Origin: Auanema rhodensis | Lineage: Eukaryota; Animalia; Nematoda | Reading direction: 5' to 3' | NCBI GenBank assembly: GCA_964057225.1 | Contig: OZ059897.1 | Coordinates: 18,538,001 to 18,602,000 of the forward strand | DNA: 64,000 bases | Shown here: positions 38,639-53,600 of the stretch, piece after piece | How the letters are laid out: the number at the start of each line of letters is the position of its first letter | How positions within the stretch are numbered: the stretch's first letter is position 1 | Program-made: the position numbers and the translations under genes | Notes under the pieces: model-generated | Database searches by the model: none | Seen by the model: only the letters and a program-made list of their open reading frames with translations | Told to the model about the DNA's origin: nothing

Positions 38639-41600
38639 TGATAACACAGATCGACGCAGCTTAAAAATCCGCATCGAATGCACTATACTACATTGAGAAA
38701 CGCTTGATACAAAAATTAGTTATGATCGTTTGAAAAATGATGCATTAGTGTATGTTGAGTTTCCATGTACACTCAACATTGCTTCCAAAAACATTTTGAC
38801 AAAAATTTTTTCGAAAAATTTCAAAATAGTTTAGCAAAAAGTAGATGTTTTTAGATTCCATTTTTCAAGGCAAAGACGATGGACAATGTTATTCAACGAA
38901 AAAATTAATTCTTCAGGGTGAAAATCGAGGATATAAGTGTGAACTTATATCAGTTGATATCTCGGTGCATTTTTAAGCTAGCGCAAATCTGATAACACAG
39001 ATCGACGCAGCTTAAAAATCCGCATCGAATGCACTATACTACATTAAGAAACGCTTGATACAAAAATTAGTTATGATCGTTTGAAAAATGATGCATTAGT
39101 GTATGTTGAGTTTCCATGTACACTCAACATTGCTTCCAAAAACATTTTGACAAAAATTTTTTCGAAAAATTTCAAAATAATTTAGCAAAAAGTAGATGTT
39201 TTTAGATTTCATTTTTCAAGGCAAAGACGATGGACAATGTTATTCAACGAAAAAATTAATTCTTCAGGGTGAAAATCGAGGATATAAGTGTGAACTTATA
39301 AAAGTTGATATCTCGGTGCATTTTTAAGCTAGCGCAAATCTGATAACACAGATCGACGCAGCTTAAAAATCCGCATCGAATGCACTATACTACATTGAGA
39401 AACGCTTGATACAAAAATTAGTTATAATCGTTTGAAAAATGATGCATTAGTGTATGTTGAGTTTCCATGTACACTCAACATTGCTTCCAAAAACATTTTG
39501 ACAAAAATTTTTTCGAAAAATTTCAAAATAGTTTAGCAAAAAGTAGATGTTTTTAGATTCCATTTTTCAAGGCAAAGACGATGGACAATGTTATTCAACG
39601 AAAAAATTAATTCTTCAGGGTGAAAATCGAGGATATAAGTGTGAACTTATATCAGTTGATATCTCGGTGCATTTTTAAGCTAGCGCAAATCTGATAACAC
39701 AGATCGACGCAGCTTAAAAATCCGCATCGAATGCACTATACTACATTGAGAAACGTTTGATACAAAAATTAGTTTTGATCGTTTGAAAAATGATGCATTA
39801 GTGTATGTTGAGTTTCCATGTACACTCAACATTGCTTCCAAAAACATTTTGACAAAAATTTTTTCGAAAAATTTCAAAATAATTTAGCAAAAAGTAGATG
39901 TTTTTAGATTCCATTTTTTAAGGCAAAGACGATGGACAATGTTATTCAACGAAAAAATTAATTCTTCAGGGTGAAAATTGAGGATATAAGTGTGAACTTA
40001 TATCAGTTGATATCTCGGTGCATTTTTAAGCTAGCGCAAATCTGATAATACAGATCGACCCAGCTTAAAAATCCGCATCGAATGCACTATACTACATTGA
40101 GAAACGCTTGATACAAAAATTAGTTATGATCGTTTGAAAAATGATGCATTAGTGTATGTTGAGTTTCCATGTACACTCAACATTGCTTCCAAAAACATTT
40201 TGACAAAAATTTTTTCGAAAAATTTCAAAATAATTTAGCAAAAAGTAGATGTTTTTAGATTCCATTTTTCAAGGCAAAGACGATGGACAATGTTATTCAA
40301 CGAAAAAATTAATTCTTCAGGGTGAAAATCGAGGATATAAGTGTGAACTTATATCAGTTGATATCTCGGTGCATTTTTAAGCTAGCGCAAATCTGATAAC
40401 ACAGATCGACGCAGCTTAAAAATCCGCATCGAATGCACTATACTACATTGAGAAACGCTTGATACAAAAATTAGTTATGATCGTTTGAAAAATGATGCAT
40501 TAGTGTATGTTGAGTTTCCATGTACACTCAACATTGCTTCCAAAAACATTTTGACAAAAATTTTTTCGAAAAATTTCAAAATAATTTAGCAAAAAGTAGA
40601 TGTTTTTAGATTCCATTTTTCAAGGCAAAGACGATGGACAATGTTATTCAACGAAAAAATTAATTCTTCAGGGTGAAAATCGAGGATATAAGTGTGAACT
40701 TATATCAGTTGATATCTCGGTGCATTTTTAAGCTAGCGCAAATCTGATAACACAGATCGACGCAGCTTAAAAATCCGCATCGAATGCACTATACTACATT
40801 GAGAAACGCTTGATACAAAAATTAGTTATGATCGTTTGAAAAATGATGCATTAGTGTATGTTGAGTTTCCATGTACACTCAACATTGCTTCCAAAAACAT
40901 TTTGACAAAAATTTTTTCGAAAAATTTCAAAATAGTTTAGCAAAAAGTAGATGTTTTTAGATTCCATTTTTCAAGGCAAAGACGATGGACAATGTTATTC
41001 AACGAAAAAATTAATTCTTCAGGGTGAAAATCGAGGATATAAGTGTGAACTTATATCAGTTGATATCTCGGTGCATTTTTAAGCTAGCGCAAATCTGATA
41101 ACACAGATCGACGCAGCTTAAAAATCCGCATCGAATGCACTATACTACATTGAGAAACGCTTGATACAAAAATTAGTTATGATCGTTTGAAAAATGATGC
41201 ATTAGTGTATGTTGAGTTTCCATGTACACTCAACATTGCTTCCAAAAACATTTTGACAAAAATTTTTTCGAAAAATTTCAAAATAGTTTAGCAAAAAGTA
41301 GATGTTTTTAGATTCCATTTTTCAAGGCAAAGACGATGGACAATGTTATTCAACGAAAAAATTAATTCTTCAGGGTGAAAATCGAGGATATAAGTGTGAA
41401 CTTATATCAGTTGATATCTCGGTGCATTTTTAAGCTAGCGCAAATCTGATAATACAGATCGACCCAGCTTAAAAATCCGCATCGAATGCACTATACTACA
41501 TTGAGAAACGCTTGATACAAAAATTAGTTATGATCGTTTGAAAAATGATGCATTAGTGTATGTTGAGTTTCCATGTACACTCAACATTGCTTCCAAAAAC

Positions 41601-44600
41601 ATTTTGACAAAAATTTTTTCGAAAAATTTCAAAATAGTTTAGCAAAAAGTAGATGTTTTTAGATTCCATTTTTCAAGGCAAAGACGATGGACAATGTTAT
41701 TCAACGAAAAAATTAATTCTTCAGGGTGAAAATCGAGGATATAAGTGTGAACTTATATCAGTTGATATCTCGGTGCATTTTTAAGCTAGCGCAAATCTGA
41801 TAACACAGATCGACGCAGCTTAAAAATCCGCATCGAATGCACTATACTACATTGAGAAACGTTTGATACAAAAATTAGTTATGATCGTTTGAAAAATGAT
41901 GCATTAGTGTATGTTGAGTTTCCATGTACACTCAACATTGCTTCCAAAAACATTTTGACAAAAATTTTTTCGAAAAATTTCAAAATAATTTAGCAAAAAG
42001 TAGATGTTTTTAGATTCCATTTTTTAAGGCAAAGACGATGGACAATGTTATTCAACGAAAAAATTAATTCTTCAGGGTGAAAATTGAGGATATAAGTGTG
42101 AACTTATATCAGTTGATATCTCGGTGCATTTTTAAGCTAGCGCAAATCTGATAATACAGATCGACCCAGCTTAAAAATCCGCATCGAATGTTACTATACT
42201 ACATTGAGAAACGCTTGATACAAAAATTAGTTATGATCGTTTGAAAAATGATGCATTAGTGTATGTTGAGTTTCCATGTACACTCAACATTGCTTCCAAA
42301 AACATTTTGACAAAAATTTTTTCGAAAAATTTCAAAATAATTTAGCAAAAAGTAGATGTTTTTAGATTCCATTTTTCAAGGCAAAGACGATGGACAATGT
42401 TATTCAACGAAAAAATTAATTCTTCAGGGTGAAACTCGAGGATATAAGTGTGAACTTATATCAGTTGATATCTCGGTGCATTTTTAAGCTAGCGCAAATC
42501 TGATAACACAGATCGACGCAGCTTAAAAATCCGCATCGAATGCACTATACTACATTGAGAAACGCTTGATACAAAAATTAGTTATGATCGTTTGAAAAAT
42601 GATGCATTAGTGTATGTTGAGTTTCCATGTACACTCAACATTGCTTCCAAAAACATTTTGACAAAAATTTTTTCGAAAAATTTCAAAATAGTTTAGCAAA
42701 AAGTAGATGTTTTTAGATTCCATTTTTCAAGGCAAAGACGATGGACAATGTTATTCAACGAAAAAATTAATTCTTCAGGGTGAAAATCGAGGATATAAGT
42801 GTGAACTTATATCAGTTGATATCTCGGTGCATTTTTAAGCTAGCGCAAATCTGATAACACAGATCGACGCAGCTTAAAAATCCGCATCGAATGCACTATA
42901 CTACATCGAGAAACGCTTAATACAAAAATTAGTTATAATCGTTCGAAAAATGATGCATTAGTGTATGTTGAGTTTCCATGTACACTCAACATTGCTTCCA
43001 AAAACATTTTGACAAAAATTTTTTCGAAAAATTTCAAAATAATTTAGCAAAAAGTAGATGTTTTTAGATTCCATTTTTCAAGGCAAAGACGATGGACAAT
43101 GTTATTCAACGAAAAAATTAATTCTTCAGGGTGAAAATCGAGGATATAAGTGTGAACTTATATCAGTTGATATCTCGGTGCATTTTTAAGCTAGCGCAAA
43201 TCTGATAACACAGATCGACGCAGCTTAAAAATCCGCATCGAATGCACTATACTACATTAAGAAACGCTTGATACAAAAATTAGTTATGATCGTTTGAAAA
43301 ATGATGCATTAGTGTATGTTGAGTTTCCATGTACACTCAACATTGCTTCCAAAACATTTTGACAAAAATTTTTTCGAAAAATTTCAAAATAGTTTAGCAA
43401 AAAGTAGATGTTTTTAGATTCCATTTTTCAAGGCAAAGACGATGGACAATGTTATTCAACGAAAAAATTAATTCTTCAGGGTGAAAATCGAGGATATAAG
43501 TGTGAACTTATATCAGTTGATATCTCGGTGCATTTTTAAGCTAGCGCAAATCTGATAACACAGATCGACGCAGCTTAAAAATCCGCATCGAATGCACTAT
43601 ACTACATTGAGAAACGTTTGATACAAAAATTAGTTATGATCGTTTGAAAAATGATGCATTAGTGTATGTTGAGTTTCCATGTACACTCAACATTGCTTCC
43701 AAAAACATTTTGACAAAAATTTTTTCGAAAAATTTCAAAATAATTTAGCAAAAAGTAGATGTTTTTAGATTCCATTTTTTAAGGCAAAGACGATGGACAA
43801 TATTATTCAACGAAAAAATTAATTCTTCAGGGTGAAAATTGAGGATATAAGTGTGAACTTATATCAGTTGATATCTCGGTGCATTTTTAAGCTAGCGCAA
43901 ATCTGATAACACAGATCGACGCAGCTTAAAAATCCGCATCGAATGCACTATACTACATTGAGAAACGCTTGATACAAAAATTAGTTATGATCGTTTGAAA
44001 AATGATGCATTAGTGTATGTTGAGTTTCCATGTACACTCAACATTGCTTCCAAAAACATTTTGACAAAAATTTTTTCGAAAAATTTCAAAATAATTTAGC
44101 AAAAAGTAGATGTTTTTAGATTCCATTTTTCAAGGCAAAGACGATGGACAATGTTATTCAACGAAAAAATTAATTCTTCAGGGTGAAAATCGAGGATATA
44201 AGTGTGAACTTATATCAGTTGATATCTCGGTGCATTTTTAAGCTAGCGCAAATCTGATAACACAGATCGACGCAGCTTAAAAATCCGCATCGAATGCACT
44301 ATACTACATTAAGAAACGCTTGATACAAAAATTAGTTATGATCGTTTGAAAAATGATGCATTAGTGTATGTTGAGTTTCCATGTACACTCAACATTGCTT
44401 CCAAAACATTTTGACAAAAATTTTTTCGAAAAATTTCAAAATAGTTTAGCAAAAAGTAGATGTTTTTAGATTCCATTTTTCAAGGCAAAGACGATGGACA
44501 ATGTTATTCAACGAAAAAATTAATTCTTCAGGGTGAAAATCGAGGATATAAGTGTGAACTTATATCAGTTGATATCTCGGTGCATTTTTAAGCTAGCGCA

Positions 44601-47600
44601 AATCTGATAACACAGATCGACGCAGCTTAAAAATCCGCATCGAATGCACTATACTACATTGAGAAACGTTTGATACAAAAATTAGTTATGATCGTTTGAA
44701 AAATGATGCATTAGTGTATGTTGAGTTTCCATGTACACTCAACATTGCTTCCAAAAACATTTTGACAAAAATTTTTTCGAAAAATTTCAAAATAATTTAG
44801 CAAAAAGTAGATGTTTTTAGATTCCATTTTTCAAGGCAAAGACGATGGACAATGTTATTCAACGAAAAAATTAATTCTTCAGGGTGAAAATCGAGGATAT
44901 AAGTGTGAACTTATATCAGTTGATATCTCGGTGCATTTTTAAGCTAGCGCAAATCTGATAACACAGATCGACGCAGCTTAAAAATCCGCATCGAATGCAC
45001 TATACTACATTGAGAAACGCTTGATACAAAAATTAGTTATGATCGTTTGAAAAATGATGCATTAGTGTATGTTGAGTTTCCATGTACACTCAACATTGCT
45101 TCCAAAAACATTTTGACAAAAATTTTTTCGAAAAATTTCAAAATAGTTTAGCAAAAAGTAGATGTTTTTAGATTCCATTTTTTAAGGCAAAGACGATGGA
45201 CAATGTTATTCAACGAAAAAATTAATTCTTCAGGGTGAAAATTGAGGATATAAGTGTGAACTTATATCAGTTGATATCTCGGTGCATTTTTAAGCTAGCG
45301 CAAATCTGATAACACAGATCGACGCAGCTTAAAAATCCGCATCGAATGCACTATACTACATTGAGAAACGCTTGATACAAAAATTAGTTATGATCGTTTG
45401 AAAAATGATGCATTAGTGTATGTTGAGTTTCCATGTACACTCAACATTGCTTCCAAAAACATTTTGACAAAAATTTTTTCGAAAAATTTCAAAATAATTT
45501 AGCAAAAAGTAGATGTTTTTAGATTCCATTTTTCAAGGCAAAGACGATGGACAATGTTATTCAACGAAAAAATTAATTCTTCAGGGTGAAAATCGAGGAT
45601 ATAAGTGTGAACTTATATCAGTTGATATCTCGGTGCATTTTTAAGCTAGCGCAAATCTGATAACACAGATCGACGCAGCTTAAAAATCCGCATCGAATGC
45701 ACTATACTACATTGAGAAACGTTTGATACAAAAATTAGTTATGATCGTTTGAAAAATGATGCATTAGTGTATGTTGAGTTTCCATGTACACTCAACATTG
45801 CTTCCAAAAACATTTTGACAAAAATTTTTTCGAAAAATTTCAAAATAGTTTAGCAAAAAGTAGATGTTTTTAGATTCCATTTTTTAAGGCAAAGACGATG
45901 GACAATGTTATTCAACGAAAAAATTAATTCTTCAGGGTGAAAATTGAGGATATAAGTGTGAACTTATATCAGTTGATATCTCGGTGCATTTTTAAGCTAG
46001 CGCAAATCTGATAACACAGATCGACGCAGCTTAAAAATCCGCATCGAATGCACTATACTACATTGAGAAACGCTTGATACAAAAATTAGTTATGATCGTT
46101 TGAAAAATGATGCATTAGTGTATGTTGAGTTTCCATGTACACTCAACATTGCTTCCAAAAACATTTTGACAAAAATTTTTTCGAAAAATTTCAAAATAAT
46201 TTAGCAAAAAGTAGATGTTTTTAGATTCCATTTTTCAAGGCAAAGACGATGGACAATGTTATTCAACGAAAAAATTAATTCTTCAGGGTGAAAATCGAGG
46301 ATATAAGTGTGAACTTATATCAGTTGATATCTCGGTGCATTTTTAAGCTAGCGCAAATCTGATAACACAGATCGACGCAGCTTAAAAATCCGCATCGAAT
46401 GCACTATACTACATTGAGAAACGTTTGATACAAAAATTAGTTATGATCGTTTGAAAAATGATGCATTAGTGTATGTTGAGTTTCCATGTACACTCAACAT
46501 TGCTTCCAAAAACATTTTGACAAAAATTTTTTCGAAAAATTTCAAAATAATTTAGCAAAAAGTAGATGTTTTTAGATTCCATTTTTTAAGGCAAAGACGA
46601 TGGACAATATTATTCAACGAAAAAATTAATTCTTCAGGGTGAAAATTGAGGATATAAGTGTGAACTTATATCAGTTGATATCTCGGTGCATTTTTAAGCT
46701 AGCGCAAATCTGATAACACAGATCGACGCAGCTTAAAAATCCGCATCGAATGCACTATACTACATTGAGAAACGCTTGATACAAAAATTAGTTATGATCG
46801 TTTGAAAAATGATGCATTAGTGTATGTTGAGTTTCCATGTACACTCAACATTGCTTCCAAAAACATTTTGACAAAAATTTTTTCGAAAAATTTCAAAATA
46901 ATTTAGCAAAAAGTAGATGTTTTTAGATTCCATTTTTCAAGGCAAAGACGATGGACAATGTTATTCAACGAAAAAATTAATTCTTCAGGGTGAAAATCGA
47001 GGATATAAGTGTGAACTTATATCAGTTGATATCTCGGTGCATTTTTAAGCTAGCGCAAATCTGATAACACAGATCGACGCAGCTTAAAAATCCGCATCGA
47101 ATGCACTATACTACATTAAGAAACGCTTGATACAAAAATTAGTTATGATCGTTTGAAAAATGATGCATTAGTGTATGTTGAGTTTCCATGTACACTCAAC
47201 ATTGCTTCCAAAACATTTTGACAAAAATTTTTTCGAAAAATTTCAAAATAGTTTAGCAAAAAGTAGATGTTTTTAGATTCCATTTTTCAAGGCAAAGACG
47301 ATGGACAATGTTATTCAACGAAAAAATTAATTCTTCAGGGTGAAAATCGAGGATATAAGTGTGAACTTATATCAGTTGATATCTCGGTGCATTTTTAAGC
47401 TAGCGCAAATCTGATAACACAGATCGACGCAGCTTAAAAATCCGCATCGAATGCACTATACTACATTGAGAAACGTTTGATACAAAATTAGTTATGATCG
47501 TTTGAAAAATGATGCATTAGTGTATGTTGAGTTTCCATGTACACTCAACATTGCTTCCAAAAACATTTTGACAAAAATTTTTTCGAAAAATTTCAAAATA

Positions 47601-50600
47601 ATTTAGCAAAAAGTAGATGTTTTTAGATTCCATTTTTCAAGGCAAAGACGATGGACAATGTTATTCAACGAAAAAATTAATTCTTCAGGGTGAAAATCGA
47701 GGATATAAGTGTGAACTTATATCAGTTGATATCTCGGTGCATTTTTAAGCTAGCGCAAATCTGATAACACAGATCGACGCAGCTTAAAAATCCGCATCGA
47801 ATGCACTATACTACATTGAGAAACGCTTGATACAAAAATTAGTTATGATCGTTTGAAAAATGATGCATTAGTGTATGTTGAGTTTCCATGTACACTCAAC
47901 ATTGCTTCCAAAAACATTTTGACAAAAATTTTTTCGAAAAATTTCAAAATAGTTTAGCAAAAAGTAGATGTTTTTAGATTCCATTTTTTAAGGCAAAGAC
48001 GATGGACAATGTTATTCAACGAAAAAATTAATTCTTCAGGGTGAAAATTGAGGATATAAGTGTGAACTTATATCAGTTGATATCTCGGTGCATTTTTAAG
48101 CTAGCGCAAATCTGATAACACAGATCGACGCAGCTTAAAAATCCGCATCGAATGCACTATACTACATTGAGAAACGCTTGATACAAAAATTAGTTATGAT
48201 CGTTTGAAAAATGATGCATTAGTGTATGTTGAGTTTCCATGTACACTCAACATTGCTTCCAAAAACATTTTGACAAAAATTTTTTCGAAAAATTTCAAAA
48301 TAGTTTAGCAAAAAGTAGATGTTTTTAGATTCCATTTTTCAAGGCAAAGACGATGGACAATGTTATTCAACGAAAAAATTAATTCTTCAGGGTGAAAATC
48401 GAGGATATAAGTGTGAACTTATATCAGTTGATATCTCGGTGCATTTTTAAGCTAGCGCAAATCTGATAACACAGATCGACGCAGCTTAAAAATCCGCATC
48501 GAATGCACTATACTACATTGAGAAACGTTTGATACAAAAATTAGTTATGATCGTTTGAAAAATGATGCATTAGTGTATGTTGAGTTTCCATGTACACTCA
48601 ACATTGCTTCCAAAAACATTTTGACAAAAATTTTTTCGAAAAAGTTCAAAATAATTTAGCAAAAAGTAGATGTTTTTAGATTCCATTTTTCAAGGCAAAG
48701 ACGATGGACAATGTTATTCAACGAAAAAATTAATTCTTCAGGGTGAAAATCGAGGATATAAGTGTGAACTTATATCAGTTGATATCTCGGTGCATTTTTA
48801 AGCTAGCGCAAATCTGATAACACAGATCGACGCAGCTTAAAAATCCGCATCGAATGCACTATACTACATTGAGAAACGCTTGATACAAAAATTAGTTATG
48901 ATCGTTTGAAAAATGATGCATTAGTGTATGTTGAGTTTCCATGTACACTCAACATTGCTTCCAAAAACATTTTGACAAAAATTTTTTCGAAAAATTTCAA
49001 AATAGTTTAGCAAAAAGTAGATGTTTTTAGATTCCATTTTTTAAGGCAAAGACGATGGACAATGTTATTCAACGAAAAAATTAATTCTTCAGGGTGAAAA
49101 TTGAGGATATAAGTGTGAACTTATATCAGTTGATATCTCGGTGCATTTTTAAGCTAGCGCAAATCTGATAACACAGATCGACGCAGCTTAAAAATCCGCA
49201 TCGAATGCACTATACTACATTGAGAAACGCTTGATACAAAAATTAGTTATGATCGTTTGAAAAATGATGCATTAGTGTATGTTGAGTTTCCATGTACACT
49301 CAACATTGCTTCCAAAAACATTTTGACAAAAATTTTTTCGAAAAATTTCAAAATAGTTTAGCAAAAAGTAGATGTTTTTAGATTCCATTTTTCAAGGCAA
49401 AGACGATGGACAATGTTATTCAACGAAAAAATTAATTCTTCAGGGTGAAAATCGAGGATATAAGTGTGAACTTATATCAGTTGATATCTCGGTGCATTTT
49501 TAAGCTAGCGCAAATCTGATAACACAGATCGACGCAGCTTAAAAATCCGCATCGAATGCACTATACTACATTGAGAAACGCTTGATACAAAAATTAGTTA
49601 TGATCGTTTGAAAAATGATGCATTAGTGTATGTTGAGTTTCCATGTACACTCAACATTGCTTCCAAAAACATTTTGACAAAAATTTTTTCGAAAAATTTC
49701 AAAATAGTTTAGCAAAAAGTAGATGTTTTTAGATTCCATTTTTCAAGGCAAAGACGATGGACAATGTTATTCAACGAAAAAATTAATTCTTCAGGGTGAA
49801 AATCGAGGATATAAGTGTGAACTTATATCAGTTGATATCTCGGTGCATTTTTAAGCTAGCGCAAATCTGATAACACAGATCGACGCAGCTTAAAAATCCG
49901 CATCGAATGCACTATACTACATTGAGAAACGCTTGATACAAAAATTAGTTATGATCGTTTGAAAAATGATGCATTAGTGTATGTTGAGTTTCCATGTACA
50001 CTCAACATTGCTTCCAAAAACATTTTGACAAAAATTTTTTCGAAAAATTTCGAAATAGTTTAGCAAAAAGTAGATGTTTTTAGATTCCATTTTTCAAGGC
50101 AAAGACGATGGACAATGTTATTCAACGAAAAAATTAATTCTTCAGGGTGAAAATCGAGGATATAAGTGTGAACTTATATCAGTTGATATCTCGGTGCATT
50201 TTTAAGCTAGCGCAAATCTGATAACACAGATCGACGCAGCTTAAAAATCCGCATCGAATGCACTATACTACATTGAGAAACGCTTGATACAAAAATTAGT
50301 TATGATCGTTTGAAAAATGATGCATTAGTGTATGTTGAGTTTCCATGTACACTCAACATTGCTTCCAAAAACATTTTGACAAAAATTTTTTCGAAAAATT
50401 TCAAAATAGTTTAGCAAAAAGTAGATGTTTTTAGATTCCATTTTTCAAGGCAAAGACGATGGACAATGTTATTCAACGAAAAAATTAATTCTTCAGGGTG
50501 AAAATCGAGGATATAAGTGTGAACTTATATCAGTTGATATCTCGGTGCATTTTTAAGCTAGCGCAAATCTGATAACACAGATCGACGCAGCTTAAAAATC

Positions 50601-53600
50601 CGCATCGAATGCACTATACTACATTGAGAAACGCTTGATACAAAAATTAGTTATGATCGTTTGAAAAATGATGCATTAGTGTATGTTGAGTTTCCATGTA
50701 CACTCAACATTGCTTCCAAAAACATTTTGACAAAAATTTTTTCGAAAAATTTCGAAATAGTTTAGCAAAAAGTAGATGTTTTTAGATTCCATTTTTCAAG
50801 GCAAAGACGATGGACAATGTTATTCAACGAAAAAATTAATTCTTCAGGGTGAAAATCGAGGATATAAGTGTGAACTTATATCAGTTGATATCTCGGTGCA
50901 TTTTTAAGCTAGCGCAAATCTGATAACACAGATCGACGCAGCTTAAAAATCCGCATCGAATGCACTATACTACATTGAGAAACGCTTGATACAAAAATTA
51001 GTTATGATCGTTTGAAAAATGATGCATTAGTGTATGTTGAGTTTCCATGTACACTCAACATTGCTTCCAAAAACATTTTGACAAAAATTTTTTCGAAAAA
51101 TTTCAAAATAGTTTAGCAAAAAGTAGATGTTTTTAGATTCCATTTTTCAAGGCAAAGACGATGGACAATGTTATTCAACGAAAAAATTAATTCTTCAGGG
51201 TGAAAATCGAGGATATAAGTGTGAACTTATATCAGTTGATATCTCGGTGCATTTTTAAGCTAGCGCAAATCTGATAACACAGATCGACGCAGCTTAAAAA
51301 TCCGCATCGAATGCACTATACTACATTGAGAAACGCTTGATACAAAAATTAGTTATGATCGTTTGAAAAATGATGCATTAGTGTATGTTGAGTTTCCATG
51401 TACACTCAACATTGCTTCCAAAAACATTTTGACAAAAATTTTTTCGAAAAATTTCAAAATAGTTTAGCAAAAAGTAGATGTTTTTAGATTCCATTTTTTA
51501 AGGCAAAGACGATGGACAATGTTATTCAACGAAAAAATTAATTCTTCAGGGTGAAAATCGAGGATATAAGTGTGAACTTATATCAGTTGATATCTCGGTG
51601 CATTTTTAAGCTAGCGCAAATCTGATAACACAGATCGACGCAGCTTAAAAATCCGCATCGAATGCACTATACTACATCGAGAAACGCTTAATACAAAAAT
51701 TAGTTATAATCGTTTGAAAAATGATGCATTAGTGTATGTTGAGTTTCCATGTACACTCAACATTGCTTCCGAAAACATTTTGACAAAAATTTTTTCGAAA
51801 AATTTCAAAATAATTTAGCAAAAAGTAGATGTTTTTAGATTCCATTTTTCAAGGCAAAGACGATGGACAATGTTATTCAACGAAAAAATTAATTCTTCAG
51901 GGTGAAAATCGAGGATATAAGTGTGAACTTATATCAGTTGATATCTCGGTGCATTTTTAAGCTAGCGCAAATCTGATAACACAGATCGACGCAGCTTAAA
52001 AATCCGCATCGAATGCACTATACCACATCGAGAAACGCTTAATACAAAAATTAGTTATAATCGTTTGAAAAATGATGCATTAGTGTATGTTGAGTTTCCA
52101 TGTACACTCAACATTGCTTCCAAAAACATTTTGACAAAAATTTTTTCGAAAAATTTCAAAATAGTTTAGCAAAAAGTAGATGTTTTTAGATTCCATTTTT
52201 CAAGGCAAAGACGATGGACAATGTTATTCAACGAAAAAATTAATTCTTCAGGGTGAAAATCGAGGATATAAGTGTGAACTTATATCAGTTGATATCTCGG
52301 TGCATTTTTAAGCTAGCGCAAATCTGATAATACAGATCGACCCAGCTTAAAAATCCGCATCGAATGCACTATACTACATTGAGAAACGCTTGATACAAAA
52401 ATTAGTTATGATCGTTTGAAAAATGATGCATTAGTGTATGTTGAGTTTCCATGTACACTCAACATTGCTTCCAAAAACATTTTGACAAAAATTTTTTCGA
52501 AAAATTTCAAAATAGTTTAGCAAAAAGTAGATGTTTTTAGATTCCATTTTTCAAGGCAAAGACGATGGACAATGTTATTCAACGAAAAAATTAATTCTTC
52601 AGGGTGAAAATCGAGGATATAAGTGTGAACTTATATCAGTTGATATCTCGGTGCATTTTTAAGCTAGCGCAAATCTGATAATACAGATCGACCCAGCTTA
52701 AAAATCCGCATCGAATGCACTATACTACATTGAGAAACGCTTGATACAAAAATTAGTTATGATCGTTTGAAAAATGATGCATTAGTGTATGTTGAGTTTC
52801 CATGTACACTCAACATTGCTTCCAAAAACATTTTGACAAAAATTTTTTCGAAAAATTTCAAAATAGTTTAGCAAAAAGTAGATGTTTTTAGATTCCATTT
52901 TTCAAGGCAAAGACGATGGACAATGTTATTCAACGAAAAAATTAATTCTTCAGGGTGAAAATCGAGGATATAAGTGTGAACTTATATCAGTTGATATCTC
53001 GGTGCATTTTTAAGCTAGCGCAAATCTGATAACACAGATCGACGCAGCTTAAAAATCCGCATCGAATGCACTATACTACATTGAGAAACGTTTGATACAA
53101 AAATTAGTTATGATCGTTTGAAAAATGATGCATTAGTGTATGTTGAGTTTCCATGTACACTCAACATTGCTTCCAAAAACATTTTGACAAAAATTTTTTC
53201 GAAAAATTTCAAAATAATTTAGCAAAAAGTAGATGTTTTTAGATTCCATTTTTTAAGGCAAAGACGATGGACAATGTTATTCAACGAAAAAATTAATTCT
53301 TCAGGGTGAAAATTGAGGATATAAGTGTGAACTTATATCAGTTGATATCTCGGTGCATTTTTAAGCTAGCGCAAATCTGATAATACAGATCGACCCAGCT
53401 TAAAAATCCGCATCGAATGCACTATACTACATTGAGAAACGCTTGATACAAAAATTAGTTATGATCGTTTGAAAAATGATGCATTAGTGTATGTTGAGTT
53501 TCCATGTACACTCAACATTGCTTCCAAAAACATTTTGACAAAAATTTTTTCGAAAAATTTCAAAATAATTTAGCAAAAAGTAGATGTTTTTAGATTCCAT

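Noticed and set aside
39680-39877. 65-aa minus-strand ORF
   Set aside because: It is opened by a singleton substitution (agttTtga) in one monomer and uses a non-ATG start.
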